Of a DNA stretch of 64,000 bases, positions 27,808-42,098 are shown piece after piece. Position numbers and translations under genes: made by a program. The notes under the pieces were generated by a model, which saw only the letters and a program-made list of their open reading frames with translations, made no database searches and was not told where the DNA came from. This stretch comes from Heptranchias perlo (Eukaryota), in the NCBI RefSeq assembly GCF_035084215.1, contig NW_027139653.1, positions 1 to 64,000 on the forward strand, read 5' to 3'. Each line of letters opens with the position of its first letter. Positions within the stretch are counted from its first letter, which is position 1.

Positions 27808-28351
27808 TGGGGAGATTATCTGGTCATGATCTTGTTGCTGTTTGTGGGATCTTGCTGTGTGCAAATTGGCTGCCGTGTTTCCTACATTAAAACAGTGACT
27901 ACACTTCACTAATACTTCACTGTCTGTAAAACTCTTTGGGAGGTCCTGAGGTGGTGAAATCACAATAGGAATGTGAGTCTCTCTTTTCTTTGTGGTCCCA
28001 TTGCCAGTGAGAGTCGGTGCATTGGGAAGAGAATGGGAGGGGTGAAAGTGGGAGTCTGGAATAGACCATTGAAATACAGGGGGTGTAACCAGATGCGATG
28101 GTTCGGTGTTAATACTGGGCTGGGCCTCAGTGTGAACCCCTGCTGTAAGATGCAGGCTCAGACTCCACTCCCTGGGACCCAGTGACCAGAACAAGTCCCT
28201 CCATTCTAACTGGATCTGGTTATCAGACCTGCTGCACACAAGCACCAATAAGTAGCTTCAGACTCGAGTGGTGTTGAAAAGCGCAAGAGATTAAGTTCCT
28301 GTTACAGCAGCTTCTCTCCTGGTTAATCAGCGCCTCGGGTGACTTTACAAC

Positions 28352-28403
28352 ATGCTGCTTGTTACTTTACTGAACGTTTACTGTGTGCCCAACGTCTCCT
28401 CTG
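28352..28403 (+). CDS. MHC class I leader exon, copy 2 (identical to copy 1)
   Basis: Same 52-nt ATG..TCTG followed by GTAAGC. Confidence 0.8.
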
Positions 28404-31171
28404 GTAAGCAAATCAAACAGCTTCTATCTGTGGACAGTATTTGAGGGGACACCGAGATTGAACCCATCTTCCATCACAAGATGCTCTCGAGCGGCCCCTG
28501 GGTTTGGACTATCTCATTGCCTTGGGTGTGTGAGAGATTCAGGTTAAGGATGATCCCTGTTCTGGGGAGGGGTCACTGGGAGAGGTTGTGTCACTGATCT
28601 GTTTGCAAAGTGTTTGATCGAGGCACTTTTCTTCAATTATTGTCAAGGCTCACAGACAAATAACAGCCATTTTGGGGGGTGAGGTATTAGAGCTGTACCT
28701 CGGAAGCAGTGGAAGGGAAGGGGATGGAGGGAATGGGAAGGGACAGGAAAGAAAAAGAAGGGAAAGGGAAGGGAAGGAATCGGAAAGGAAGGGAAAGGGA
28801 ATGGAAGGGGAGGGAAGGAAAATCCTTTCCCTCGGATGGTGTTTGAAGGAGGATTCCATTATCCCCTTTCACATAACGGGCTCGATTGTGGTTTTAGCTC
28901 CGAGACATTAGGCATCACCTGGGCTGAGTTCAGAACGGAAATCTGGCCGGGCGGGGGATTTCAATGGATGGAAAATGCTCCAGGTTCTGTTCCTGCCGTG
29001 TGATCCTCCTCTCCAGATTTTGCTCTCTCTCTGCCCCGCCCAGTTGATGCTGAACACCCAGGTGGTAAAGGTGAAAATCGACCTCAATATTACTGGACCA
29101 CAGACACGTGTGAACCTTTCAGAGATTGTGTTCTGATCGATGTGTTCTGCCTCCTCCCTCTCACCCCCATCCCTTGTTCGTGCCAAAACCCCATCGGCTC
29201 CTCCAACTCCACAGAATTGACTCGAAGGTTCATTTCTTCACCTTTAAAGCCCTCTCTGTCCTCCTCCCTTCCCACCTCTGCAATCTCCCCCAATCTCATG
29301 CCCCCACATGCCCCCTCCGCTCCTCCCACACCGGCCTAACCTCTCCTTCTCCACTGCCTCTGTTCCACCACTGGGAGCCGATCCTTCAGTCTCTCCTGTC
29401 CCTGCCCTCTCCAGCAATCTCCCTCAGGATTCCTGCCTTGTCCCTTCCCGGCCTCTCCACTGTTCCTGAATCAACTCCTGAGTGTGATTCTGGCTCCTCT
29501 TAAATCCTCTCTTTGGGCTCCTCCCTCCTGCTCTGTGCTCTGAGGCGTCTCCCTGTACACGAGGGCTGCTGTAGTAATGTAAGCTGCTGCACACAGTCAA
29601 AGCATCTCATCGGAACATGGGAACAGGAGGAGGCCATTCAGCCCCTCAAGCCTGTTCCGCCATTCAATTAGATCATGGCTGATCTGTTTCTTAACTCCAC
29701 CCACCCGCCTTGCCATATCCCATAATAACCTTGCCCAACAAAAATCGATCAATCTCAGTTGTGAAATTTTCAATTGACCCCCAGCCTCAACAGCATTTTG
29801 GGGAAAGAGAGTTCCAGATTTCCACTCCCCTTTGTGTGAAGAAACGCTTCCTGACATCACCCCTGAACGGCCTGGCTCTAATTTTAAGGTGACGCCCCCT
29901 TGTTCTGGACTCTCCCACCAGAGGAAATAGTTTCTCTCTATCGACAATATCAAATCCTTCAATGATCTTAATTACAGCACCTGTTAATCTTCGACACTCA
30001 AGGGAATACAAGCCTCGTCTGTGCAACCTGTCCTCATAATTTAACCCTTTCAGCCCCCGGTATGAAAGTACTTCTCATAATGAATGGCGTTTCCCACATT
30101 ACAACAGTGATGACACTTTCACATTACTTCACTTTCTGTGAAGCGCTTTGGGACATCCTGAGGTTGTGAAAGGTGATGTATAAAAAGATCTTTTGTTCTT
30201 TCCGAACCTTCTTGTGCTGCTTCAGCAGGGTGACACTGAAATCGAAGCAGATTCGAAGCCTGTCCCCCCGTTCCCACGTTCACCTCACAGCAACACAATG
30301 GACTTTGGACTGTCCGATGTCCGATGTGTTGCTCAGGCCCACGACTGACTTTTATTTCTGAGCAAACACTGCCCGTTTATTATAGTCTCTGAGCGGGTCA
30401 AGGCCAAAGTGAACTCTGTATGTCCGATTGTGGGGAGAATGAGCTGCTGACTCTTCAATAATCAACTGGTGCTCGAGGAAAAAATACTCACAGTGATGTT
30501 GATCTGGGTGAATTAGAATAAATTGGCATCGAAGCAAATTCACAGACAGATTTTTATGTTCATTTTCAATGCACCGTCTTCGAGTCGCGCTTAACATGAG
30601 GCTCCTCAGAACAGCAACCCATGAGGATAACAGAACATTGAACAATGTCACCAAATCCAGTCAGTGGACGTCATGCTCAAACTGAGGGGGAGGGGGAAAG
30701 GGAGGGAGAGGGATAGTGGGAGGGAGGGGCAGGGAGGGGGTGGGAGGGGGATGGAGGAGGAGAGGGCGATGGAGAGGGAGAAGGGGAGAGGGCGAAGGAG
30801 ATGGGGTGGGAGTTGGGTTTGGGAGGAGAGGGAGAGGGAAAGAGCGAGAGAGAGGGGGAGAGAGAGGGAGTGGGGAGAGGAGGGATTGGGAGCGGGAGAG
30901 GTGATGGGGAATAGGATGGAGTGGCAGAGGGTGAGCGGGAGCGAGAGGGAGGCAGATGGGGAGGGTCAGAGAAGGAGAGCAAGAGGGAGACGTGGATGAG
31001 GGAGTGTGTGAGTGGAGGGAGAGGGGGAGTCGGACAAAGAGAGGGAGAGGAAGGGGAAGAGGACAAGGGAGATGAGGAGGGGGAAGAAGAGGGGACTGAG
31101 AGGGAGAGGGTGGGAGAGGGAGAGAGGGATGGTGGGAGGGAGAGATAGACGAGGAGGGGGCGGGAGAGGGA

Positions 31172-34100
31172 GAACATAAGAACATAAGAACATAAGAAAT
31201 AGGAGCAGGAGTCGGCCAATCGGCCCCTCGAGCCTGTTCCGCCATTCAATAATTTCATGGCTGATCTGATCCTAACCTCAAATCTAAATTCATGTCCAAT
31301 TTCCTGCCCGCTCCCCGTAACCCCTAATTCCCTTTACTTCTAGCAAACTGTCTATTTCTGTTTTAAATTTATTTAATGATGTTGCTTCCACAGCTTCCTG
31401 GGGCAGCAAATTCCACAGACCTACTACCCTCTGAGTGAAGAAGTTTCTCCTCATCTCAGTTTTGAAAGAGCAGCCCCTTATTCTAAGATTATGCCCCCTA
31501 GTTCTAGTTTCACCCATCCTTGGGAACATCCTTACCGCATCCACCCGATCAAGCCCCTTCACAATCTTATATATTTCAATAAGATCGCCTCTCATTCTTC
31601 TGAACTCCAATGAGTAGAGTCCCAATCTGCTCAACCTCTCCTCATATGTCCACCCCCTCATCCCCGGGATTAACCGAGTGAACCTTCTTTGTACTGCCTC
31701 GAGAGCAAGTATGTCTTTTCTTCAGTATGGAGACCAAAACTGTATGCAGTATTCCAGGTGCGGTCTCACCAATACCCTATATAACTGCAGCAATACCTCC
31801 CTGTTTTTATATTCTATCCCCCTAGCAATAAAAGCCAACATTCCGTTGGCCTTCTTGATCACCTGCTGCACCTGCAAACTAACCTTTTGATTTTCTTGCA
31901 CTAGGACCCCCAAATCCCTTTGTACTGCAGTACTTTCCAGTTTCTCGCCATTAAGATAATAACTTGCTCTCCGATTTTTCCTGCCAAAGTGCATAACCTC
32001 ACATTTTCCAATATTGTATTGCATCTGCCAAATCTCCGCCCACTCACCCAGCCTGTCTATATCCCCTTGTCGGTTTTTTATGTCCTCCTCACTCTCTACT
32101 TTCCCTCCCATCTTTGTATCATCTGCAAACTTTGATATGTTACACTCGGTCCCCTCCTCCAAATCGTTAATATAGATTGTAAAGAGTTGGGGACCCAGCA
32201 CCGACCCCTGCGGAACACCACTGGCTACAGGTTGCCAGTCCGAGAATGTACCATTTATCCCAACTCTCTGCTTCCTGTTAGATAACCAATCCTCCACCCA
32301 TGCCAGAATATTACCCCCAATCCAGTGATTCTTTATCTTGAGCAATAATCTTTTATGTGGTACCTTGTCGAATGCCTTCTGAAAGTCCAAATACACTACG
32401 TCCACTGGTTCCCCTTTATCCACCCTATACGTTATATCCTCAAAGAACTCAAGCAAATTTGTCAGACATGACTTCCCCTTCGTAAAGCCATGCTGACTTT
32501 GTCCTATTAAATTATGTTTATCCAAATGTTCTGCTATTGTCTCCTTAATAATAGACTCCAAAACTTTACCCACCACAGATGTTAAGCTAACTGGTCTATA
32601 ATTTCCAGCCTTCTGCCTACTACCCTTTTTAAATAACGGTGTAACATTGGCAGTTTTCCAATCTGCCGGGACCTTTGCCGAGTCCAGAAAATTTTGGAAA
32701 ATTATTACCAAAGCATCCACAATCCCTACTGCCACTTCCCTCAAGACCCTAGGATGTAAGCCATCAGGTCCAGGGGATTTATCCGCCTTGAGTCCCATTA
32801 ATTTACTGAGTACCAATTCCTTAGTGATTTTAATCGTATTTAGCTCCTCCCCCCAGAGCCCCCTGTTTGTCCAGTGTTGGGATATTCTTAGTGTCCTCTA
32901 CTGTAAAGACTGAAACAAAATATTTGTTCAGCATTTTTGCCATGTCCATGTTTCCCACCATTAATTTCCCGGTCTCATCCTCCAAAGGACCTACGTTTGC
33001 CTTAGCCACCCTTTTTCTTTTTATATAACTGTAGAAACTCTTGCTATCTGTTTTTATATTTTTTGCTAATTTATTTTCATAATCTATCTTCCCTTTCTTA
33101 ATCAATCCTTTTGTTACCTTTTGCTGTCTTTTGAAGACTTCCCAATCTTCTATCCTCCCACTAAGTTTGGCTACCTTATATGTCCTTGTTTTTCGTCGGA
33201 TACTATCCTTAATTTCTTTACTTAGCCATGGATGGCTGTCATTTCTTTGAAACCCTTTTTTCCTCAGTGGAATATATATTTTTTGAAAGTTGTAAAATAA
33301 CTCCTTAAATGAACACCACTGCTCATGTACCGTCTTACCCTTTAATCTATTTTCCCAGTCCACTTTAATCAATTCCGCTCTCATACCATCATAGTCTCCT
33401 TTATTCAAGCTCAGTACGCTTGTTTGAGAACCAACCTTCTCACCCTCTAATTGGATATGGAATGTAACCATGTTATGGTCACTCATTCCAAGGGGATCCT
33501 TAACTAGGACATTATTAATTAATCCTGGCTCATTACACAGGACCAGGTCCAAGGTTGCTTGCTCCCTTGTTGGTTCAGTTACATACTGCTCAAGAAATCC
33601 ATCCCTAATACACTCAATAAACTCTTCCTCAAGGCTACCCTGCCCAATTTGATTTGTCCAGTTAATATGATAGTTAAAATCCCCCCAAATTATAGCTGTT
33701 CCCTTATTACATGCCCCGACTATTTCCTGATTAATACTTCTTCCAGCAGAGTTGCAACTATTAGGAGGCCTATATACTATGCCCACGAGTGTTTTTTGCC
33801 CCTTATTATTCCTTATCTCTCCCCAAACTGTTTCATTATCCTGATCCTTTGTCCCAATATCTTTTGTCTGTGTTACAGTGATTCCTTCCCTTATTAACAT
33901 AGCCACCCCACCTCCCCTTCCTTCCTGCCTGTCCTTCCTGATTGTTAAATACCCTGGCATATTTAATTCCCAGTCGTTGTCACCCTGCAGCCATGTTTCT
34001 GTAATGGCCACAAGATCAGACCCATACGTCGTTATTTGTGCCGTTAACTCGTCCATTTTGTTACGAATGCTACGTGCATTCAGATAAAGAACTTTCAAAT

Positions 34101-34788
34101 ATGTTTTGTGACACTTAGTTCCTGCTTTTTCCTTTTTTAACACTTTACCTTTTACTCCATACCTTCTGTCCCTTCCTGATATGCTTTCCTCTGTCTCCCT
34201 GCTCAGGTTCCTAACCCCCTGCCACAGCTTTGATGCTGGGTTCATCGCCTTCCGCCTTCTAGTTTTTATTTTATCTGTCGTGCCTAAAGTGCCTAAAGTA
34301 CACTTTCTTTCCGCTGCTCGATGCTTTTCCCTTTCACTTGTTCTTGAACAACTGTTTGTACTATTTGTATTGTAAATTTCCCCTGGGTCTTCCCCTCTCT
34401 TGCTGCTCTCAACTTTATTCCCTTCTGACTCCCCACTCAGGTTCCCATCCCCCTGCCACTCTAGTTTAAACCTTCCCCAACAGCACGAGCAAACACCCCC
34501 GCGAGGACATTTGTCCCGGTCCTGCTCGGGTGTAAACCGTCACGCTTGTACAGGTCCCACCTTCCCCAGAACCGGTCCCAATGTCCCAGGAATCTAAATC
34601 CCTCCCTCCTACACCATCCCTGCAGCCACGCATTCATCCTGTCTATTCTCCTGTTCCTATACTCACTAGCACGTGGCACCGGTAGTAATCCTGAGATCAC
34701 TACCTTTGAAGTCCTGCTTTTTAATTTATCTCCTAACTCCTGAAATTCACCTTGCAGGACCTCATCCCTTTTTTTACCTATGTCGTTG
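31172..34788 (-). mobile_element. CR1 LINE copy B (duplicate of copy A)
   Basis: Same ends, flanks, frameshift and stop; offset 6981 bp. Confidence 0.97.
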
Positions 34789-35155
34789 TGGGGAGATTAT
34801 CTGGTCATGATCTTGTTGCTGTTTGTGGGATCTTGCTGTGTGCAAATTGGCTGCCGTGTTTCCTACATTAAAACAGTGACTACACTTCACTAATACTTCA
34901 CTGTCTGTAAAACTCTTTGGGAGGTCCTGAGGTGGTGAAATCACAATAGGAATGTGAGTCTCTCTTTTCTTTGTGGTCCCATTGCCAGTGAGAGTCGGTG
35001 CATTGGGAAGAGAATGGGAGGGGTGAAAGTGGGAGTCTGGAATAGACCATTGAAATACAGGGGGTGTAACCAGATGCGATGGTTCGGTGTTAATACTGGG
35101 CTGGGCCTCAGTGTGAACCCCTGCTGTAAGATGCAGGCTCAGACTCCACTCCCTG

Positions 35156-35166
35156 CGTCTCCTCTG
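35156..35166 (+). pseudogene. Remnant of leader exon, copy 3 (ATG and proximal promoter removed by a 218-bp deletion)
   Basis: CCACTCCCTG is joined directly to CGTCTCCTCTG|GTAAGC; equivalent to loss of 28175-28392 in copy 2. Confidence 0.8.
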
Positions 35167-37937
35167 GTAAGCAAATCAAACAGCTTCTATCTGTGGACAG
35201 TATTTGAGGGGACACCGAGATTGAACCCATCTTCCATCACAAGATGCTCTCGAGCGGCCCCTGGGTTTGGACTATCTCATTGCCTTGGGTGTGTGAGAGA
35301 TTCAGGTTAAGGATGATCCCTGTTCTGGGGAGGGGTCACTGGGAGAGGTTGTGTCACTGATCTGTTTGCAAAGTGTTTGATCGAGGCACTTTTCTTCAAT
35401 TATTGTCAAGGCTCACAGACAAATAACAGCCATTTTGGGGGGTGAGGTATTAGAGCTGTACCTTGGAAGCAGTGGAAGGGAAGGGGATGGAGGGAATGGG
35501 AAGGGACAGGAAAGAAAAAGAAGGGAAAGGGAAGGGAAGGAATCGGAAAGGAAGGGAAAGGGAATGGAAGGGGAGGGAAGGAAAACCCTTTCCCTCGGAT
35601 GGTGTTTGAAGGAGGATTCCATTATCCCCTTTCACATAACGGGCTCGATTGTGGTTTTAGCTCCGAGACATTAGGCATCACCTGGGCTGAGTTCAGAACG
35701 GAAATCTGGCCGGGCGGGGGATTTCAATGGATGGAAAATGCTCCAGGTTCTGTTCCTGCCGTGTGATCCTCCTCTCCAGATTTTGCTCTCTCTCTGCCCC
35801 GCCCAGTTGATGCTGAACACCCAGGTGGTAAAGGTGAAAATCGACCTCAATATTACTGGACCACAGACACGTGTGAACCTTTCAGAGATTGTGTTCTGAT
35901 CGATGTGTTCTGCCTCCTCCCTCTCACCCCCATCCCTTGTTCGTGCCAAAACCCCATCGGCTCCTCCAACTCCACAGAATTGACTCGAAGGTTCATTTCT
36001 TCACCTTTAAAGCCCTCTCTGTCCTCCTCCCTTCCCACCTCTGCAATCTCCCCCAATCTCATGCCCCCACATGCCCCCTCCGCTCCTCCCACACCGGCCT
36101 AACCTCTCCTTCTCCACTGCCTCTGTTCCACCACTGGGAGCCGATCCTTCAGTCTCTCCTGTCCCTGCCCTCTCCAGCAATCTCCCTCAGGATTCCTGCC
36201 TTGTCCCTTCCCGGCCTCTCCACTGTTCCTGAATCAACTCCTGAGTGTGATTCTGGCTCCTCTTAAATCCTCTCTTTGGGCTCCTCCCTCCTGCTCTGTG
36301 CTCTGAGGCGTCTCCCTGTACACGAGGGCTGCTGTAGTAATGTAAGCTGCTGCACACAGTCAAAGCATCTCATCGGAACATGGGAACAGGAGGAGGCCAT
36401 TCAGCCCCTCAAGCCTGTTCCGCCATTCAATTAGATCATGGCTGATCTGTTTCTTAACTCCACCCACCCGCCTTGGTGCCATATCCCATAATAACCTTGC
36501 CTAACAAAAATCGATCAATCTCAGTTGTGAAATTTTCAATTGACCCCCAGCCTCAACAGCATTTTGGGGAAAGAGAGTTCCAGATTTCCACTCCCCTTTG
36601 TGTGAAGAAACGCTTCCTGACATCACCCCTGAACGGCCTGGCTCTAATTTTAAGGTGACGGCCCCTTGTTCTGGACTCTCCCACCAGAGGAAATAGTTTC
36701 TCTCTATCTACCCAATCAGATCCTTCAATGATCTTAATTACAGCACCCGTTAATCTTCTGCACTCAAGGGAATACAAGCCTGGTCTGTGCAACCTGTCCT
36801 CATAATTTAACCCTTTCAGCCCCCGGTATGAAAGTACTTCTCATAATGAATGGCGTTTCCGACATTACAACAGTGATGACACTTTCACATTACTTCACTT
36901 TCTGTGAAGCGCTTTGGGACATCCTGAGGTTGTGAAAGGTGATGTATAAAAAGATCTTTTGTTCTTTCCGAACCTTCTTGTGCTGCTTCAGCAGGGTGAC
37001 ACTGAAATCGAAGCAGATTCGAAGCCTGTCCCCCCGTTCCCACCTTCACCTCACAGCAACACAATGGACTTTGGACTGTCCGATGTCCGATGTGTTGCTC
37101 AGGCCCACGACTGACTTTTATTTCTGAGCAAACACTGCCCGTTTATTATAGTCTCTGAGCGGGTCAAGGCCAAAGTGAACTCTGTATGTCCGATTGTGGG
37201 GAGAATGAGCTGCTGACTCTTCAATAATCAACTGGTGCTCGAGGAAAAAATACTCACAGTGATGTTGATCTGGGTGAATTAGAATAAATTGGCATCGAAG
37301 CAAATTCACAGACAGATTTTTATGTTCATTTTCAATGCACCGTCTTCGAGTCGCGCTTAACATGAGGCTCCTCAGAACAGCAATCCATGAGGATAACAGA
37401 GCATTGAACAATGTCACCAAATCCAGTCAGTGGACGTCATGCTCAAACTGAGGGGGAGGGGGAAAGGGAGGGAGAGGGATAGTGGGAGGGAGGGGCAGGG
37501 AGGGGGTGGGAGGGGGATGGAGGAGGAGAGGGCGATGGAGAGGGAGAAGGGGAGAGGGCGAAGGAGATGGGGTGGGAGTTGGGTTTGGGAGGAGAGGGAG
37601 AGGGAAAGAGCGAGAGAGAGGGGGAGAGAGAGGGAGTGGGGAGAGGAGGGATTGGGAGAGGGAGAGGTGATGGGGAATAGGATGGAGTGGCAGAGGGTGA
37701 GCGGGAGCGAGAGGGAGGCAGATGGGGAGGGTCAGAGAAGGAGAGCAAGAGGGAGACGTGGATGAGGGAGTGTGTGAGTGGAGGGAGAGGGGGAGTCGGA
37801 CAAAGAGAGGGAGAGGAAGGGGAAGAGGACAAGGGAGATGAGGAGGGGGAAGAAGAGGGGACTGAGAGGGAGAGGGTGGGAGAGGGAGAGAGGGATGGTG
37901 GGAGGGAGAGATAGACGAGGAGGGGGCGGGAGAGGGA

Positions 37938-40900
37938 GAACATAAGAACATAAGAACATAAGAAATAGGAGCAGGAGTAGGCCAATCGGCCCCTCGAGCC
38001 TGTTCCGCCATTCAATAATTTCATGGCTGATCTGATCCTAACCTCAAATCTAAATTCATGTCCAATTTCCTGCCCGCTCCCCGTAACCCCTAATTCCCTT
38101 TACTTCTAGCAAACTGTCTATTTCTGTTTTAAATTTATTTAATGATGTTGCTTCCACAGCTTCCTGGGGCAGCAAATTCCACAGACCTACTACCCTCTGA
38201 GTGAAGAAGTTTCTCCTCATCTCAGTTTTGAAAGAGCAGCCCCTTATTCTAAGATTATGCCCCCTAGTTCTAGTTTCACCCATCCTTGGGAACATCCTTA
38301 CCGCATCCACCCGATCAAGCCCCTTCACAATCTTATATATTTCAATAAGATCGCCTCTCATTCTTCTGAACTCCAATGAGTAGAGTCCCAATCTGCTCAA
38401 CCTCTCCTCATATGTCCACCCCCTCATCCCCGGGATTAACCGAGTGAACCTTCTTTGTACTGCCTCGAGAGCAAGTATGTCTTTTCTTCAGTATGGAGAC
38501 CAAAACTGTATGCAGTATTCCAGGTGCGGTCTCAGCAATACCTTATATAACTGCAGCAATACCTCCCTGTTTTTATATTCTATCCCCCTAGCAATAAAAG
38601 CCAACATTCCGTTGGCCTTCTTGATCACCTGCTGCACCTGCAAACTAACCTTTTGATTTTCTTGCACTAGGACCCCCAAATCCCTTTGTACTGCAGTACT
38701 TTCCAGTTTCTCGCCATTAAGATAATAACTTGCTCTCCGATTTTTCCTGCCAAAGTGCATAACCTCACATTTTCCAATATTGTATTGCATCTGCCAAATC
38801 TCCGCCCACTCACCCAGCCTGTCTATATCCCCTTGTCGGTTTTTTATGTCCTCCTCACTCTCTACTTTCCCTCCCATCTTTGTATCATCTGCAAACTTTG
38901 ATATGTTACACTCGGTCCCCTCCTCCAAATCGTTAATATAGATTGTAAAGAGTTGGGGACCCAGCACCGACCCCTGCGGAACACCACTGGCTACAGGTTG
39001 CCAGTCCGAGAATGTACCATTTATCCCAACTCTCTGCTTCCTGTTAGATAACCAATCCTCCACCCATGCCAGAATATTACCCCCAATCCAGTGATTCTTT
39101 ATCTTGAGCAATAATCTTTTATGTGGCACCTTGTCGAATGCCTTCTGAAAGTCCAAATACACGACGTCCACTGGTTCCCCTTTATCCACCCTGTACGTTA
39201 TATCCTCAAAGAACTCAAGCAAATTTGTCAGACATGACTTCCCCTTCGTAAAGCCATGCTGACTTTGTCCTATTAAATTATGTTTATCCAAATGTTCTGC
39301 TATTGTCTCCTTAATAATAGACTCCAAAACTTTACCCACCACAGATGTTAAGCTAACTGGTCTATAATTTCCAGCCTTCTGCCTACTACCCTTTTTAAAT
39401 AACGGTGTAACATTGGCAGTTTTCCAATCTGCCGGGACCTTTGCCGAGTTCAGAAAATTTTGGAAAATTATTACCAAAGCATCCACAATCCCTACTGCCA
39501 CTTCCCTCAAGACCCTAGGATGTAAGCCATCAGGTCCAGGGGATTTATCCGCCTTGAGTCCCATTAATTTACTGAGTACCAATTCCTTAGTGATTTTAAT
39601 CGTATTTAGCTCCTCCCCCCAGAGCCCCCTGTTTGTCCACTGTTGGGATATTCTTAGTGTCCTCTACTGTAAAGACTGAAACAAAATATTTGTTCAGCAT
39701 TTTTGCCATGTCCATGTTTCCCACCATTAATTTCCCGGTCTCATCCTCCAAAGGACCTACGTTTGCCTTAGCCACCCTTTTTCTTTTTATATAACTGTAG
39801 AAACTCTTGCTATCTGTTTTTATATTTTTTGCTAATTTATTTTCATAATCTATCTTCCCTTTCTTAATCAATCCTTTTGTTACTTTTTGCTGTCTTTTGA
39901 AGACTTCCCAATCTTCTATCCTCCCACTAAGTTTGGCTACCTTATATGTCCTTGTTTTTAGTCGGATACTATCCTTAATTTCTTTACTTAGCCATGGATG
40001 GCTGTCATTTCTTTGAAACCCTTTTTTCCTCAGTGGAATATATATTTTTTGAAAGTTGTAAAATAACTCCTTAAATGAACACCACTGCTCATGTACCGTC
40101 TTACCCTTTAATCTATTTTCCCAGTCCACTTTAATCAATTCCGCTCTCATACCATCATAGTCTCCTTTATTCAAGCTCAGTACGCTTGTTTGAGAACCAA
40201 CCTTCTCACCCTCTAATTGGATATGGAATGTAACCATGTTATGGTCACTCATTCCAAGGGGATCCTTAACTAGGACATTATTAATTAATCCTGGCTCATT
40301 ACACAGGACCAGGTCCAAGGTTGCTTGCTCCCTTGTTGGTTCAGTTACATACTGCTCAAGAAATCCATCCCTAATACACTCAATAAACTCTTCCTCAAGG
40401 CTACCCTGCCCAATTTGATTTGTCCAGTTAATATGATAGTTAAAATCCCCCCAAATTATAGCTGTTCCCTTATTACATGCCCCGACTATTTCCTGATTAA
40501 TACTTCTTCCAGCAGAGTTGCAACTATTAGGAGGCCTATATACTATGCCCACGAGTGTTTTTTGCCCCTTATTATTCCTTATCTCTCCCCAAACTGTTTC
40601 ATTATCCTGATCCTTTGTCCCAATATCTTTTGTCTGTGTTACAGTGATTCCTTCCCTTATTAACATAGCCACCCCACCTCCCCTTCCTTCCTGCCTGTCC
40701 TTCCTGATTGTTAAATACCCTGGCATATTTAATTCCCAGTCGTTGTCACCCTGCAGCCATGTTTCTGTAATGGCCACAAGATCAGACCCATACGTCGTTA
40801 TTTGTGCTGTTAACTCGTCCATTTTGTTACGAATGCTACGTGCATTCAGATAAAGAACTTTCAAATATGTTTTGTGACACTTAGTTCCTGCTTTTTCCTT

Positions 40901-41554
40901 TTTTAACACTTTACCTTTTACTCCATACCTTCTGTCCCTTCCTGATATGCTTTCCTCTGTCTCCCTGCTCAGGTTCCTAACCCCCTGCCACAGCTTTGAT
41001 GCTGGGTTCATCGCCTTCCGCCTTCTAGTTTTTATTTTATCTGTCGTGCCTAAAGTGCCTAAAGTACACTTTCTTTCCGCTGCTCGATGCTTTTCCCTTT
41101 CACTTGTTCTTGAACAACTGTTTGTACTATTTGTATTGTAAATTTCCCCTGGGTCTTCCCCTCTCTTGCTGCTCTCAACTTTATTCCCTTCTGACTCCCC
41201 ACTCAGGTTCCCATCCCCCTGCCACTCTAGTTTAAACCTTCCCCAACAGCACGAGCAAACACCCCCGCGAGGACATTTGTCCCGGTCCTGCTCGGGTGTA
41301 AACCGTCACGCTTGTACAGGTCCCACCTTCCCCAGAACCGGTCCCAATGTCCCAGGAATCTAAATCCCTCCCTCCTACACCATCCCTGCAGCCACGCATT
41401 CATCCTGTCTATTCTCCTGTTCCTATACTCACTAGCACGTGGCACCGGTAGTAATCCTGAGATCACTACCTTTGAAGTCCTGCTTTTTAATTTATCTCCT
41501 AACTCCTGAAATTCACCTTGCAGGACCTCATCCCTTTTTTTACCTATGTCGTTG
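37938..41554 (-). mobile_element. CR1 LINE copy C (duplicate of copy A)
   Basis: Same ends, flanks and lesions; a few private substitutions. Confidence 0.97.
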
Positions 41555-42098
41555 TGGGGAGATTATCTGGTCATGATCTTGTTGCTGTTTGTGGGATCTT
41601 GCTGTGTGCAAATTGGCTGCCGTGTTTCCTACATTAAAACAGTGACTACACTTCACTAATACTTCACTGTCTGTAAAACTCTTTGGGAGGTCCTGAGGTG
41701 GTGAAATCACAATAGGAATGTGAGTCTCTCTTTTCTTTGTGGTCCCATTGCCAGTGAGAGTCGGTGCATTGGGAAGAGAATGGGAGGGGTGAAAGTGGGA
41801 GTCTGGAATAGACCATTGAAATACAGGGGGTGTAACCAGATGCGATGGTTCGGTGTTAATACTGGGCTGGGCCTCAGTGTGAACCCCTGCTGTAAGATGC
41901 AGGCTCAGACTCCACTCCCTGGGACCCAGTGACCAGAACAAGTCCCTCCATTCTAACTGGATCTGGTTATCAGACCTGCTGCACACAAGCACCAATAAGT
42001 AGCTTCAGACTCGAGTGGTGTTGAAAAGCACAAGAGATTAAGTTACTGTTACAGCAGCTTCTCTCCTGGTTAATCAGCGCCTCGGGTGACTTTACAAC

